The notes under the pieces: model-generated
Seen by the model: the letters and a program-made list of their open reading frames with translations, nothing else
Told to the model about the DNA's origin: nothing
Database searches by the model: none
From: a bacterium
Lineage (GTDB): Bacteria > Electryoneota > Electryoneia > Electryoneales > Electryoneaceae
Assembly: GCA_963669175.1 (NCBI GenBank)
Contig: OY769902.1
Span: 1,856,001 to 1,920,000, forward strand
DNA length: 64,000 bases
Direction of reading: 5' to 3'
Translations under genes and position numbers: made by a program
In this document: positions 28,579 through 39,060 of the stretch, piece after piece
Layout: each line of letters begins with the position of its first letter
Position numbering within the stretch: the stretch's first letter is position 1

Positions 28579-30348
28579 CTATTTTAAGAGAATTATTTTC
28601 CTTACTGCCTCAAATCTCTGGTTGGCTTTTCCCGCAGTATCAACCTGTTCCATCCGAATGAAATACGTCCCGCTGGCAAGGTTTGCCCCATCAAAACCGA
28701 TTGTATGCACTCCCGCCTCGAAGGTTCTATTCGCGAGTACGGCGACTTCACGTCCAAGGATATCGTAGAGAACCAGCTTTACGGCAGCGTTGTGTGGCAG
28801 CTCAAAGTTTATACGTGTCTGCGAGTTGAATGGGTTCGGATAGGGTTCGGACAACCGCCAGGTTGTCGGTTCGGCTTGATTTTCCTCCACATGCAGAAGC
28901 AGGTGTATAATTTCAATCGTGCTAATCACTTCAAGATGCGGGCCGAAGAAGACCATTTGGCTGTAATATTCATCATCTATATCCACTTCCCATCCACTGT
29001 CCATCAAATCGCCCCACATAGAGAAAGGCATATCCTCACCGGGAGATATGATCCCATGGGGCGGATTAACAGTGTACCACGTGTTGGTCTGTGGATAGCC
29101 CTTATATAAAGTCATACTTGGGGAATTATCTCGAGTCAGTGATACCAGGCGAACCTCGCAATCCGGATCTCGATCCCATGAATGATCCAATCCTCCAGCC
29201 GATCCAAGGTTTTCGGAGAATAACTGGAAGGATTGATCCCAATTCAGAGTTGAAAGACCCATTCGACGTACAATGGCTCCACCTTCCTCTGACAAGGGGA
29301 ACATGCAAAGAATATCCGTATCGTATGATGGAGGTAAATCAAATGTGCATGCCATCCCCGTCATACCCTCAAACATGGGCGAGTAGAACAGGACGGTATC
29401 GATACCGGTGGTGATATCAACTCTACCGAAGGTGGAATCACTGTCCGTGTAATACAGGGCGTCCGTTACCGGGTCGAAGGCGATACAATGAATCGGGCTG
29501 GCCACTTGGGCGACAAGCTCGATGCTCGTCAGATTTTCATTCATACGATAAATCTGTCCATCACAATTCCCGCCATACAGGAATCCCGCAGAGTCAGAAG
29601 CCAGATCAAGGAAGGCCTTTCCATCTGAACCGAGGATTGAATCCGGGTAAGTGAAGGCGCCCATCTGTGTGCCACTATGAGTAAAACTGAATAGCTGATT
29701 GGCGCCCAGACTGTCATCGAGGGCAACCGCACTTGCGAACGCACGCCGCCTTGTCAAGGCAACAGCACAAAAACCCTGGTTGTTTGTGTACTCCCCCAAA
29801 GACCACTGCTGATCAACGTCAAAGGCATGAAACAAATCATTGCCATCCCAATTCATATATCCATCGTAAAGCCATGTATAGAATTCGAGCTGACCGCTGC
29901 CGGTATTTGACAAATGCCAATTTATTTCGGCAAGCCAGGTATTCTCAACCGGATCATAGCCATACATGATTTCCAGCACGGAATTATGGGTGTCCAATTC
30001 TGGGTAGGTAAGTGCATGATCTTGTGTAAAATCAACTGCGAACGTATCATCTTCGACAATAGCAACCGAGTCTATCTTCTCCGGCCAATGAGTCGGGTGT
30101 GAGGCTGTGACGGTAACAGAACAGGCAGGAATTGCGGCGATCAGGTAGTTCCCTGCGGCATCTGTAGTATCGCTCCAGGCTATCCCTGTTGTGGACACAA
30201 TCGTGACAACAGCATTCTGCAATCGTTCCTGGTCGGTATTCTCAACAACGCCACGTATGACTGCGGCATAAATCTGACCTACGGATAAAAACAGCACCAC
30301 CATGAACAGGAGAAAGGTGTTCCTGAGCCTGTAAGCTGAGTTCGTCAT
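28579..30348 (-). CDS. Secreted protein with carboxypeptidase-regulatory-like domain, probable beta-propeller and T9SS-type C-terminal domain
   Basis: Signal peptide, IRGVV...TTDAAGNY, PYPNPFNSQT...ASGTYFIRM. Confidence 0.82.
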   Translation of the reverse strand: MTNSAYRLRNTFLLFMVVLFLSVGQIYAAVIRGVVENTDQERLQNAVVTIVSTTGIAWSDTTDAAGNYLIAAIPACSVTVTASHPTHWPEKIDSVAIVEDDTFAVDFTQDHALTYPELDTHNSVLEIMYGYDPVENTWLAEINWHLSNTGSGQLEFYTWLYDGYMNWDGNDLFHAFDVDQQWSLGEYTNNQGFCAVALTRRRAFASAVALDDSLGANQLFSFTHSGTQMGAFTYPDSILGSDGKAFLDLASDSAGFLYGGNCDGQIYRMNENLTSIELVAQVASPIHCIAFDPVTDALYYTDSDSTFGRVDITTGIDTVLFYSPMFEGMTGMACTFDLPPSYDTDILCMFPLSEEGGAIVRRMGLSTLNWDQSFQLFSENLGSAGGLDHSWDRDPDCEVRLVSLTRDNSPSMTLYKGYPQTNTWYTVNPPHGIISPGEDMPFSMWGDLMDSGWEVDIDDEYYSQMVFFGPHLEVISTIEIIHLLLHVEENQAEPTTWRLSEPYPNPFNSQTRINFELPHNAAVKLVLYDILGREVAVLANRTFEAGVHTIGFDGANLASGTYFIRMEQVDTAGKANQRFEAVRKIILLK

Positions 30349-30557
30349 ACAATATCCCCCCGGAAAGCAATTCTGATCCAATAAACTATCAGCAGAATTC
30401 TGCTTTGTGCAACCCCAGCCCGGAGAAAGCGCCAAAAGTCACTCTGTTGAATTGGTGTGCGAAACTGCGTACGTTTCAGGCAGATAGAGCTTTTCAAGAA
30501 CAGGGCTGATCCACATCTTCCGGATTGGCCTTTTAACTGCGATAGAGTGAGTGCATC

Positions 30558-32177
30558 ATGGCGAATACATACAAGACCAACGCTGCCGGACGTGACGTTC
30601 CGGTGATTGTCAACGGCAAAGAGCAGACTCCTTACATGGGTGTCGGCAAGTTCAAACCATCCGGTTTCAAGGCCGCTCCGCCAATCCGTTCCTGTGCCGA
30701 GTTCCCGGCCGATGGCAATAAGGTCGTTGCCAGCATGCGTGATGACCTCGTGGTGGATACCGGACGGGTGAAGAAGGTGTCCAGCCGTGCCGAGGCGATG
30801 CGTGTGGCGCTGGAACATGTCGGTTTGAAGGACGGCATGACCATCTCCAACCATCACCATTTCCGTAATGGCGACCTGGTCATGGTTCCGACCTTTGACG
30901 CTGCCCATGAAATGGGTGTGAAGGACCTGCTCTGGCTGCCCTCGGCTTCGTTCCCCTGCCAGGCATCGTTGATTGATCGTCAGGAGGACGGTACCATTCA
31001 TCACATTGAAGGCTCGATGAACGGCCCCTTGGGCGCGTATTGCAGCGAAGGCAAGATGCGTGGTATGGGAGTATTGCGCAGCCATGGCGGACGTTGGCAG
31101 GCGATTCAGGACGGCGAGGTGCATGTCGATGTCGCAATCGTACCCGCGCCCACAGCGGACGCTCTTGGCAACAGTACCGGCGACCGTGGCCCCTCAGCTT
31201 GCGGCCTGCTCGGTTTCGGATTGGCCGACAGTATGTATGCCGACAAGGTGATCGTGGTGACCGACAACCTGGTGCCTTTCCCGTGTTATCCCTGGCAGAT
31301 CAACGGGCAGAATGTGGACGCTGTGGTGGTGCTGGACAAAATCGGCGAGCCGGAAAAGATCGTCAGTGGCACGACTGTCATCACCAAATCGCCTGACCGT
31401 CTCCTCATCGCCGAACTGACCGCGAAGTTTGTTGATGCGGCGGGAATTCTGCGTGACGGCTGGTCGTTCCAGGCGGGCGCTGGCGGCACGGCGCTGGCGT
31501 TTGCGATTTATGTGCGCGATATGATGCGCAAACGTGGGATCAAGGCCCGCTTCATTCGTGGCGGTTCGACCAAGTACCTGGTCGAGATGCTGGAAGAAGG
31601 ACTGACCGATTTCATCCTTGACGGCCAGACGTTTGACCTTGAGGGCGTGCGTTCCATGCGTGAAAATCCAGGCCACATCAACACCAGCCCGTTCACCAGC
31701 TATAACTACCACGGCAAGGGTAATTTTGCCAGCATGCTGGATGCGGTGGTGCTTGGCGCTACGGAAGTGGATCTTGATTTCAACGCGAACGTGGTTACGC
31801 ATTCGGACGGCCGCTTATTGCACGGTATCGGCGGCTGGCAGAACTGCCTGTTCAGCAAATGCACCATTCTTCCAATTCCCGCCGTGCGTGACCGCCTCCC
31901 GGTGATCGTGGACAAGGTAACAACACTGGTCGGACCCGGTGAACTGATCGATGTGATCGTGACCGAACGTGGTATCGCGATCAACCCGAAACGGCAGGAT
32001 CTGATCGACGCGACCCGTAATTCCGGCCTGCCCATCAAACCGTTGGCTCAGATTAAGGACGAAGTTGAGAGACTTATCGGTGGCCCGCCCGCAAAACCAG
32101 TGCTGGGCGACAAGGATGTAGCCGTGATCAAGTGGGTGGACGGTACAGTAATTGATACGGTTAAACAAGTGGTGTAA
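30558..32177 (+). CDS. citF: Citrate lyase alpha subunit / citrate CoA-transferase
   Basis: LKDGMTISNHHHFRNGD, RSHGGR, ACGLLGFG, FQAGAGG, LGATEVDLDFNANV, VTERGIAINPKR. Confidence 0.9.
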   Translation: MANTYKTNAAGRDVPVIVNGKEQTPYMGVGKFKPSGFKAAPPIRSCAEFPADGNKVVASMRDDLVVDTGRVKKVSSRAEAMRVALEHVGLKDGMTISNHHHFRNGDLVMVPTFDAAHEMGVKDLLWLPSASFPCQASLIDRQEDGTIHHIEGSMNGPLGAYCSEGKMRGMGVLRSHGGRWQAIQDGEVHVDVAIVPAPTADALGNSTGDRGPSACGLLGFGLADSMYADKVIVVTDNLVPFPCYPWQINGQNVDAVVVLDKIGEPEKIVSGTTVITKSPDRLLIAELTAKFVDAAGILRDGWSFQAGAGGTALAFAIYVRDMMRKRGIKARFIRGGSTKYLVEMLEEGLTDFILDGQTFDLEGVRSMRENPGHINTSPFTSYNYHGKGNFASMLDAVVLGATEVDLDFNANVVTHSDGRLLHGIGGWQNCLFSKCTILPIPAVRDRLPVIVDKVTTLVGPGELIDVIVTERGIAINPKRQDLIDATRNSGLPIKPLAQIKDEVERLIGGPPAKPVLGDKDVAVIKWVDGTVIDTVKQVV

Positions 32178-32341
32178 GTAATTAGGAATTAGGAATTAAG
32201 AATTGCGGACTAAAAATCGGAGAATTGGAAGACATCGCGGTGATCAACTTGGTATTCCGCCTGCTGAGGGTGCGACAATACTTTCGATACTCACTTTATT
32301 AAAGAGAATGTTATCTGACAAGCTCCGCGATCAAGGCGATG

Positions 32342-32586
32342 GAAAATCGGGACTGCTACGCTTTTCTGCAAGAGATGTTGCCTGTATATAAGGTGAAAAC
32401 CTGGTTTTGCAGATAAACACTGCTTTTCTTAGCAGAAACAGTGCAGAAAAGGTAGCTGTCCCATGATTTTCCGGCTGATCTCGAACAATAGCAGGCGAAA
32501 AATTCGGTACAGTCACCTTTTCATGAACCCTGATTTGATAGTCTTGCAGTTGCGAACATGAAAAGGTGACAGTCCCATTTTTCGCT
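32342..32586. repeat. Dispersed REP cassette family A, copy 3
   Basis: Same four ordered motifs as 24284-24530. Confidence 0.85.
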
Positions 32587-32738
32587 GTCCCCTGTCATCA
32601 CTTCCTTACAAGAATTTCGATTGATTCTCTGTACAAGGTGTTGCGGACCGGAAAAGTGTCTTTATTTTAGAATAACCGAAGGAAAAGCTGTCCTGTAACT
32701 GAGATATGATCCGGTCCACTATTCTATTGAGGACACTC

Positions 32739-35051
32739 ATGAAAAAGCGACTTTTTACCCTCATCCTTCTTGCAGGATTAATGTTCACTGCTGCCGGATT
32801 CCTTCAGACAGCACATGCTCAATCCAGATCGTTACTGGATCAGGGATTGCTCTGGCAGGATGATCTGTTTATCAGGAACCACCATTACCGTCCCATTATG
32901 GTGGATGACTATATCTACGTGGCAGGAAGGTATGGCATTTACCTGTATAAGCTGGAAGGGAATGATATTGTCCCCTGTGATACACTACCTGGAAACACCA
33001 TTACTGAAGGCAAGGATTTCTTCGTTCTAGACAGCCTGGTGATCTGGAGAAGCAGCAGGTTATATATTGCTGAACGGCGTGGTGACCGTCTTCATAGGAT
33101 CTATGAAGGGATTCCGGATTGGAATTGGGGCAACGATTGTATCTTTTCCAGCGACAGTTTACTGTTGCTAGGCGGCACGCTGATCAGTTTTCACGATCCG
33201 TATAACCCGCAAATTACCTGGCAGACTGACGAACTCCGGTTTGATAATAATACCATATTTCATGAAGGACACTTGATTTCTATCAATGAAAACTGGCATC
33301 CTGAAGTGAAAGTGTTTGATGTTTCGGACCCCTGGCAGCCAGTCCTGGTAGACAGCCTCTACATGAATAACCCGGTTCAACAGAATAACTGGCGGCCTAA
33401 AGCCATTGGAGATGTCATCGCTATTCCGGAGCGGGATCAGATCCGATTTTTCCACCTCAATGATGCTTTTGAAGTCGATAATGTGTACGCCTGGGAGAGC
33501 GATGAGTATTTCAACAACTGGGATAATATTGAAGTTCTTCGCGATTCGCTTTTTATCAGTTTTAACCGTATTCGTGCTGGGCAGTCTCCGTTGGCGGCTA
33601 TCTTTGATCCAGATGAATATCTGCAGGGTATCTGTATTGAGTTGGTGGAACTGGATGAAGACTGGACTGGATGGAGTACCGTTTCCTATGAATATCCCTA
33701 TTCGGCTTCAGGAAATAAATTCCTGATTTCTTCCACCAATACGACGGATTCCAGATTGTTTGATTTTACCTGTTTGGAAACTCCCACCATGGCGATGGCG
33801 ATTGATCGTGACGCAGTCTACACTTATGGGGGTGGCTTGTATGATTTAAATGGTGACTATCTTTTGAAAGAAGAAGGGGGTCACCTGGTATTGTATAACT
33901 TGACAGTCTCGTCCACGCCAAGGGAGATTGCACGAACCAGAAATGCGCCTGGGGCAGCTGTTGCCAGTTTTTCTGTTCTGGATTCATCGGTTATTGTGTC
34001 CGGTTCTGATCAGGATACCAATGAATACGGATTGTATTACTTCATTATTCAGGAAGATGGTGATTTGCATTGCCACCGTATCTATTCCACATCTGAGGTG
34101 CCGACCTGCGAACAGAATAACATTGACTTGTTTGAGTATGAAGATGATCTGTATGAAGTAACCTACTGGGATAATACAGTTTACGTGAACAGGTTCGCTC
34201 CGCATCGTGTCGTCGTTGTCGCTACCCTGCAAGTTGGTGGTGGTGGCGTGAACAACCTGATCGTAAATGACCTGGGGATATTTTGCACGGTAGGTAATGG
34301 GATCAGTCCCCTGGTTTGGTGCTTGTATGATCCGGAAACAGAATCTCTGAGCCATCAGACTCAATTGAACTATAGTCATCCTGTCCAGGACACGGACAAT
34401 CTATGTTCTGGTGATGAATGGATCGGGGCGGGGAGCACCCTGTTTCGTTGTATAGATGGCGAGTTGGAAATGGAGCATGTGTTTCTGAATCAGAATGGGA
34501 CACAATGTGATGGTGTCATTTGTGCTGTCGGGAATGGGCGAATCGTCATCCAGAAAACAGACACCAACTCGCCAACATTTTTCATCTTTCCATTGGATGA
34601 GGATGGAGTTGTGCTGGGAGATACGCTTGGTATCGTGCATGATGTAACCGGGAATTATAGCTTCACACGGAACAATATCTGGGCGGAAAACACCAATGCA
34701 CTGATGCGTTTTCGCTTTAACGATATGGAATGTGCCTCAGATGAACATTCATTCTTCGAGCATGAGTTGCCCTCTGAAATGAGCCTGGCCGCTCCCTGGC
34801 CGAATCCGTTCAATTCGGAAACCCGTATTCAGTACCGGCTCCCGGAAGGAGGGATGGTGCGTTTGCGAGTGTTTGATATTCTGGGCCGCGAAGTACTACG
34901 CCTGCGTGATGGGGTGCAACCTGCCGGGCAGCATGAGGCGCGGTGGGATGGGACAACAAGGGATGGAATGGCGGTGGTGTCGGGCGTTTACTTCGTGCAG
35001 CTTGAATGCGAAGGTCGTCTGGCTGTGCAGAAAGTGCTGCTGGTGAGGTGA
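32739..35051 (+). CDS. Secreted LVIVD-like beta-propeller protein with FlgD-Ig/T9SS-type C-terminal domain
   Basis: Signal peptide, YIYVAG and VFDVSDPWQPVLV repeats, PWPNPFNSET...WDG...SGVYFVQL. Confidence 0.8.
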   Translation: MKKRLFTLILLAGLMFTAAGFLQTAHAQSRSLLDQGLLWQDDLFIRNHHYRPIMVDDYIYVAGRYGIYLYKLEGNDIVPCDTLPGNTITEGKDFFVLDSLVIWRSSRLYIAERRGDRLHRIYEGIPDWNWGNDCIFSSDSLLLLGGTLISFHDPYNPQITWQTDELRFDNNTIFHEGHLISINENWHPEVKVFDVSDPWQPVLVDSLYMNNPVQQNNWRPKAIGDVIAIPERDQIRFFHLNDAFEVDNVYAWESDEYFNNWDNIEVLRDSLFISFNRIRAGQSPLAAIFDPDEYLQGICIELVELDEDWTGWSTVSYEYPYSASGNKFLISSTNTTDSRLFDFTCLETPTMAMAIDRDAVYTYGGGLYDLNGDYLLKEEGGHLVLYNLTVSSTPREIARTRNAPGAAVASFSVLDSSVIVSGSDQDTNEYGLYYFIIQEDGDLHCHRIYSTSEVPTCEQNNIDLFEYEDDLYEVTYWDNTVYVNRFAPHRVVVVATLQVGGGGVNNLIVNDLGIFCTVGNGISPLVWCLYDPETESLSHQTQLNYSHPVQDTDNLCSGDEWIGAGSTLFRCIDGELEMEHVFLNQNGTQCDGVICAVGNGRIVIQKTDTNSPTFFIFPLDEDGVVLGDTLGIVHDVTGNYSFTRNNIWAENTNALMRFRFNDMECASDEHSFFEHELPSEMSLAAPWPNPFNSETRIQYRLPEGGMVRLRVFDILGREVLRLRDGVQPAGQHEARWDGTTRDGMAVVSGVYFVQLECEGRLAVQKVLLVR

Positions 35052-35125
35052 CTTTCTTGGCCCCGCCAGCTTGCTGGCGGCGGTCTATTCTAAATAAAAC
35101 AAAGAAGATAGTCCACTGATGTGTG

Positions 35126-35166
35126 AAAAATTGGGACAGACCCGTAGTGGTCTGTCCCATTTTTCG
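35126..35166. repeat. Isolated GGGACAG/CTGTCCC REP hairpin
   Basis: AAAAATTGGGACAGACC-CGTAGT-GGTCTGTCCCATTTTT, similar to 61165-61207 upstream of the RAYT. Confidence 0.75.
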
Positions 35167-35365
35167 TTGCGGATCGGGGTACCCCTCCCTAAAAAGCGAC
35201 TACAGAAGGATTAGCTTTTTGAAATAAATTAAAATAAACCCCGCTGGGCAGCCGCTTCCACTTCGCTACAGCGTGCTTCAAGCCAGCGGGGCCAAATGCT
35301 TGTCATCCAACCCCGCAAGTAGTTTCTTTTTTACCTTTTTCACTTTCTACTTTTTTCACTTCTCC

Positions 35366-36937
35366 CTACTTCTTCCTCATCGTCACAACCGGCACGATCA
35401 TCTCTTCCAGTGATATGCCGCCGTGGAGGAAGGAATCACGGAACTTCTCCGCGTACCGATTGAACTCGTTGGGATAGACGAAGAAATGGTCCTCACGGGC
35501 CATGATCAGCTCATGGTTCATGCCTCCGCCTTCGATGCCCCAGGTTTCCGGTTCACGTACCCGTATGCCGTCCTTATCATTCACCTTCAGGTTACGGCCC
35601 TGTTTGTAGCGCAGGTTGGGTGAGGTGTCACGGTCGCCGACCACCTTTACCGGCTTACGTGCCCGGATGGAACCGTGGTCACTGGTCAGGACGATGGTCA
35701 CACCACGTTCGCCGAAGGTACGCAGCAGCTCAAACAACGGCGAATGCTGGAACCAGCTACGGACGATATCACGATAGGCCGCTTCGTCCGGGATCAGACT
35801 CTGGATGACTTCTTCCGTGCTGCGGTGATGCGCCACGATATCCACGAAGTTGAAGACCATGGAAACCAGCGGAATATCAAAGTAGTCCGATGCTTTCCGC
35901 AGGGTTCGCTGTGCTTCATCCGGGTCAAGGATCTTGGCGTACTTGGGCTCGGGCGATGGGAATGCGCCACGTGCTTTCAACTGGCGGTCCAGGAGCTGAC
36001 GTTCGAACCGGTTGAACGAGGCGATGTCTTCCTTATGCAGCCGCTTCCACAGGTCAGGATGAACCTGCGGGAATTGTACCGGCCAGAGACCGCTGAAAAT
36101 ACTGTTGCGTGAGAAAGGAGTGGCACTGGGTAGAATGGTAAAGTAGTGATCGGTTTCGATATCGAAATACGGGCGCAGCATGGGTTCTACCGCCATCCAG
36201 TGATCCAGACGCAGGCAATCCAGCACCAGGAACAGCACCGGCTCGCCTTTCTGCATCAGTGGCATCACCCATTCCGGGATAACGTCCAGGCTCAACGGGG
36301 GACGGTCTTCCCTGACCGAACGTACCCAGTAGGGATAGTTTTCTTCGACATAGCGTGCGAACAGGGCATTGGCCCCCTGCTGCTGTTCGTCCAGCAGTTC
36401 CTGCAAGCCGGGATCACGCAGGGTCTGGATGTCCAGCGCCCAGCGGGTCAAGCGTTCCTGCAAGTCGATCCATTCGTCCCATTCGAGAGGATCACGCAGC
36501 TCATCGTTGATCCTGTTCACCGCGGTGACATAATCCTGTGTGATACGGCGTGCGCTGATCTCACGTCCATCGAGCAGCTTCTTCAATGCGCTCTGGATCT
36601 GGCTGGGATTGACCGGCTTGGTCAGGTAATCGTCGATACGGCTGCCCAGGGCTTCTTCCATCAGCGATTCTTCTTCGCTTTTGGTGATCATGATGACCGG
36701 AAGGCCGGGCCGGATTTTTTTGAGACGCATGAGCGTGGCGATGCCGTCAAGTCCCGCCATCTGCTCGTCCAGCAACACCGCGTCGTAGTTCTCTCTCGCT
36801 ACCGCACGGACAGCATCTTCGCCGGAAGTGACCCCGTTGACTTCGTAGCCACGTTCACTCAGGAACATGATATGAGGTTGGAGCAGCTCGATTTCGTCGT
36901 CTGCCCAGAGGATTTTTTTCACTGCCATCGCTTGCAT
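35366..36937 (-). CDS. porX: PorX-like response regulator with PglZ/alkaline-phosphatase domain
   Basis: ILWADDEIELL, LDEQMAG, MITKSEEE, DYLTKPVNPSQI, LPSATPFSRN, TSDHG, HGGISLEEMIVP. Confidence 0.88.
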   Translation of the reverse strand: MQAMAVKKILWADDEIELLQPHIMFLSERGYEVNGVTSGEDAVRAVARENYDAVLLDEQMAGLDGIATLMRLKKIRPGLPVIMITKSEEESLMEEALGSRIDDYLTKPVNPSQIQSALKKLLDGREISARRITQDYVTAVNRINDELRDPLEWDEWIDLQERLTRWALDIQTLRDPGLQELLDEQQQGANALFARYVEENYPYWVRSVREDRPPLSLDVIPEWVMPLMQKGEPVLFLVLDCLRLDHWMAVEPMLRPYFDIETDHYFTILPSATPFSRNSIFSGLWPVQFPQVHPDLWKRLHKEDIASFNRFERQLLDRQLKARGAFPSPEPKYAKILDPDEAQRTLRKASDYFDIPLVSMVFNFVDIVAHHRSTEEVIQSLIPDEAAYRDIVRSWFQHSPLFELLRTFGERGVTIVLTSDHGSIRARKPVKVVGDRDTSPNLRYKQGRNLKVNDKDGIRVREPETWGIEGGGMNHELIMAREDHFFVYPNEFNRYAEKFRDSFLHGGISLEEMIVPVVTMRKK

Positions 36938-36988
36938 CGCGTTTCTCCCTGATCGATTCTTCCACCTGTAAACGTGTTCACACATCGA

Positions 36989-37945
36989 TCAAGAAAACAG
37001 CGCGTTCTCCCAGTTTTGTTGTTCTTCCTGAGACATGATACCGGCGCGGGATGCCAGTCTTGCCGCAGCGACAGTCAGCACCCTGTACACGTCTTTCCCT
37101 AACGGATCGTTCCATTCCTCCAGGTGCGAGAGCACCGCCTTGAGATCACCCCGTCGCACCGGGCCGCTCATGGCCTGGAAGGATTCCCAGCCCCATTCCT
37201 CAGCAGGTGGTTTTTTCCAGTCCGGTTCAAGATTACGGACCATGCCCTTCACCAAAGGTAACAGGGCTTCTATTGCTTCACGTTCATTTTCAACGATGCC
37301 CTGCAAACGTGTCGCTCCCAATTCCATCAAGATCGGAAGAAAATTGGATGCCAACACACAGGCATGGTGATAACGTATCCGGTCTTCCGCAGCGACACGT
37401 ATCGGGTGTGCCCCCAGCAAACGCGCCATCTCCACCGCAACCGGCCAGGCATCTTCATCCGCGGTGACCCCGACATGAATGCTGTTGAACTTGCCTTCCG
37501 GAACCTTGTCCGAACAGGTGAAACTCTGCATTGGGTGCCAGGCCATGCGCAGGAAACCGAGATCAGCCAGTGGAGCCAGTGGCTCCAGACCATAACGTCC
37601 GGCGAGGTGCGTTACGACCGGACGATGTTCCTGGCTTCCGAAAGATATGCCACTTCTTATCGCGTTGTCGGCAATGTTGGCGGCTACGTTTTGAATCTCA
37701 TTATCGGGAACAGCGAGAATCAAAAGGTCGACATCAACGGGGAGAGTGTCCAGCATGAAAACATCACGTCCATCGGAAGCGGCAGTTTGAGCATGGGTAT
37801 CCTGTTTCTGCAAGGCGATACCCATCGGTTTGATACCACGCCTCATCAATCCTCGTGCGAGGGGACGTCCCACCGCGCCATACCCGACCATGGAAAAAGT
37901 GCTGATCTTTTTAGAGGCAGGTTGACGCGATGCAGGATTCATCAT
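36989..37945 (-). CDS. Rossmann-like + DUF2520 oxidoreductase (PanG-like)
   Basis: VGYGAVG, LAVPD, HPMQSF, YHHACVLASNF, SGPVRRGD. Confidence 0.85.
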   Translation of the reverse strand: MMNPASRQPASKKISTFSMVGYGAVGRPLARGLMRRGIKPMGIALQKQDTHAQTAASDGRDVFMLDTLPVDVDLLILAVPDNEIQNVAANIADNAIRSGISFGSQEHRPVVTHLAGRYGLEPLAPLADLGFLRMAWHPMQSFTCSDKVPEGKFNSIHVGVTADEDAWPVAVEMARLLGAHPIRVAAEDRIRYHHACVLASNFLPILMELGATRLQGIVENEREAIEALLPLVKGMVRNLEPDWKKPPAEEWGWESFQAMSGPVRRGDLKAVLSHLEEWNDPLGKDVYRVLTVAAARLASRAGIMSQEEQQNWENALFS

Positions 37946-38400
37946 TCGACTCCTTCAACATGGATGCCGTTTCGTCTGAACAGGGCGACAGTAACACCTT
38001 CACCGTCAACACGTTTGCCGCCGACCTTGATGCCGTCACAACCGCAGGATGGGCTGTTCGTCTTCATCAGCGCCTGGGTTGCGCCGGTGATACGTGCGAT
38101 TTTGAGCGCTGCCTGGGCGCCTTTGATGAACTCATTGGATACGTCCTTGCCGGTTTCGATCTGGACTACATGGGCGGTTCCGTCAAGAACATCGTCACCA
38201 CTCCCGCCACGGATCTCTGCGGCTGGGCGTGGAGTCGGCAAACCGCCCAACTGTTCCGGACAAACCGGAATCAGTTCCAGTTCTTCGGTCTCGAAACGCT
38301 TGCTCAGCTCTTCCGACCAACTGTGGTTACCGTCATACCGGCAGTGAATGCCCATCAGGCAGGCAGACACCAGCGTTTTTGTCTTCTTTTCCGTAGCCAT
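37942..38400 (-). CDS. DUF523-family (2-thiouracil desulfurase-like) Fe-S protein
   Basis: VSACLMGIHCRYDG, PVCPEQLGGLPTPR, SPSCG. Confidence 0.92.
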   Translation of the reverse strand: MATEKKTKTLVSACLMGIHCRYDGNHSWSEELSKRFETEELELIPVCPEQLGGLPTPRPAAEIRGGSGDDVLDGTAHVVQIETGKDVSNEFIKGAQAALKIARITGATQALMKTNSPSCGCDGIKVGGKRVDGEGVTVALFRRNGIHVEGVE

Positions 38401-38585
38401 TGGTTTTCGCACCCGTTGATGAACCCTGAACCTTCTTGAAAGATACAGAGAAGCGGCATTTATTCCAATTGATGACGGTGCGGAAACAGGGGTGTATGGG
38501 GAATAAGTAGCCCGGTCATGCCTGGCCGGGTCATGCTTCAACTCAAACGAACTCTGATTGAAGAACCTCGAGATCCCCGTTCAAG

Positions 38586-38780
38586 CCGGGGATGACATAT
38601 ATACCGGGGATGACATATATACCGGGGATGACATATATACCGGGGATGACATATATACCGGGGATGACATATATACCGGGGATGACATATATACCGGGGA
38701 TGACATATATACCGGGGATGACATATATACCGGGGATGACATATATACCGAGGATGACATATATGCCGAGGATGACATAA
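38586..38780. repeat. 18-bp tandem array (11 units) attached to a REP-like hairpin
   Basis: CCGGGGATGACATATATA x9 plus 2 variants, contiguous with hairpin GATCCCCGTTCAAGCCGGGGATGAC. Confidence 0.95.
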
Positions 38781-38818
38781 AGTAGGAAAGTTGGTGATGA
38801 TACTTGATACGGATCTGT

Positions 38819-39060
38819 CAGCAAAAGGGGACTGTTTTCTTTTCGTCGCGTGGAGGTGAGATGTTTTGCGATACAGGTAATCGAAAAGGTGACTGTACCC
38901 TTTTGCCTGTGATCCAGCTTTTCGCTCTGATCGGTTTTCTGAGGTTGAGCTTCACCTCACCGAAAAGGGTACGGCTTCCTTTTCCGAACCTGCATCAAGA
39001 GAGTCTTGAATATGGCGCGGAGAAAAGGATTCCGTCCCCTTTTCGTGCCTGTCTTCGTTT
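38819..39060. repeat. Dispersed REP cassette family B, copy 1
   Basis: AAAAGGGGACTGTTTTCTTTT...AAAAGGTGACTGTACCCTTTT...AAAAGGGTACGGCTTCCTTTT...AAAAGGATTCCGTCCCCTTTT. Near-identical to 47414-47654. Confidence 0.88.

Noticed and set aside
37364-38347. 327-aa plus-strand ORF and other long antisense ORFs (e.g. 36146-36952, 30345-31124)
   Set aside because: They shadow well-supported opposite-strand genes and show no recognisable motifs.
38586-38780. CRISPR array, or the repetitive ORFs (GIYVIP)n / (GDDIYT)n
   Set aside because: Contiguous 18-bp units without unique spacers. The ORFs are by-products of a repeat length divisible by three.
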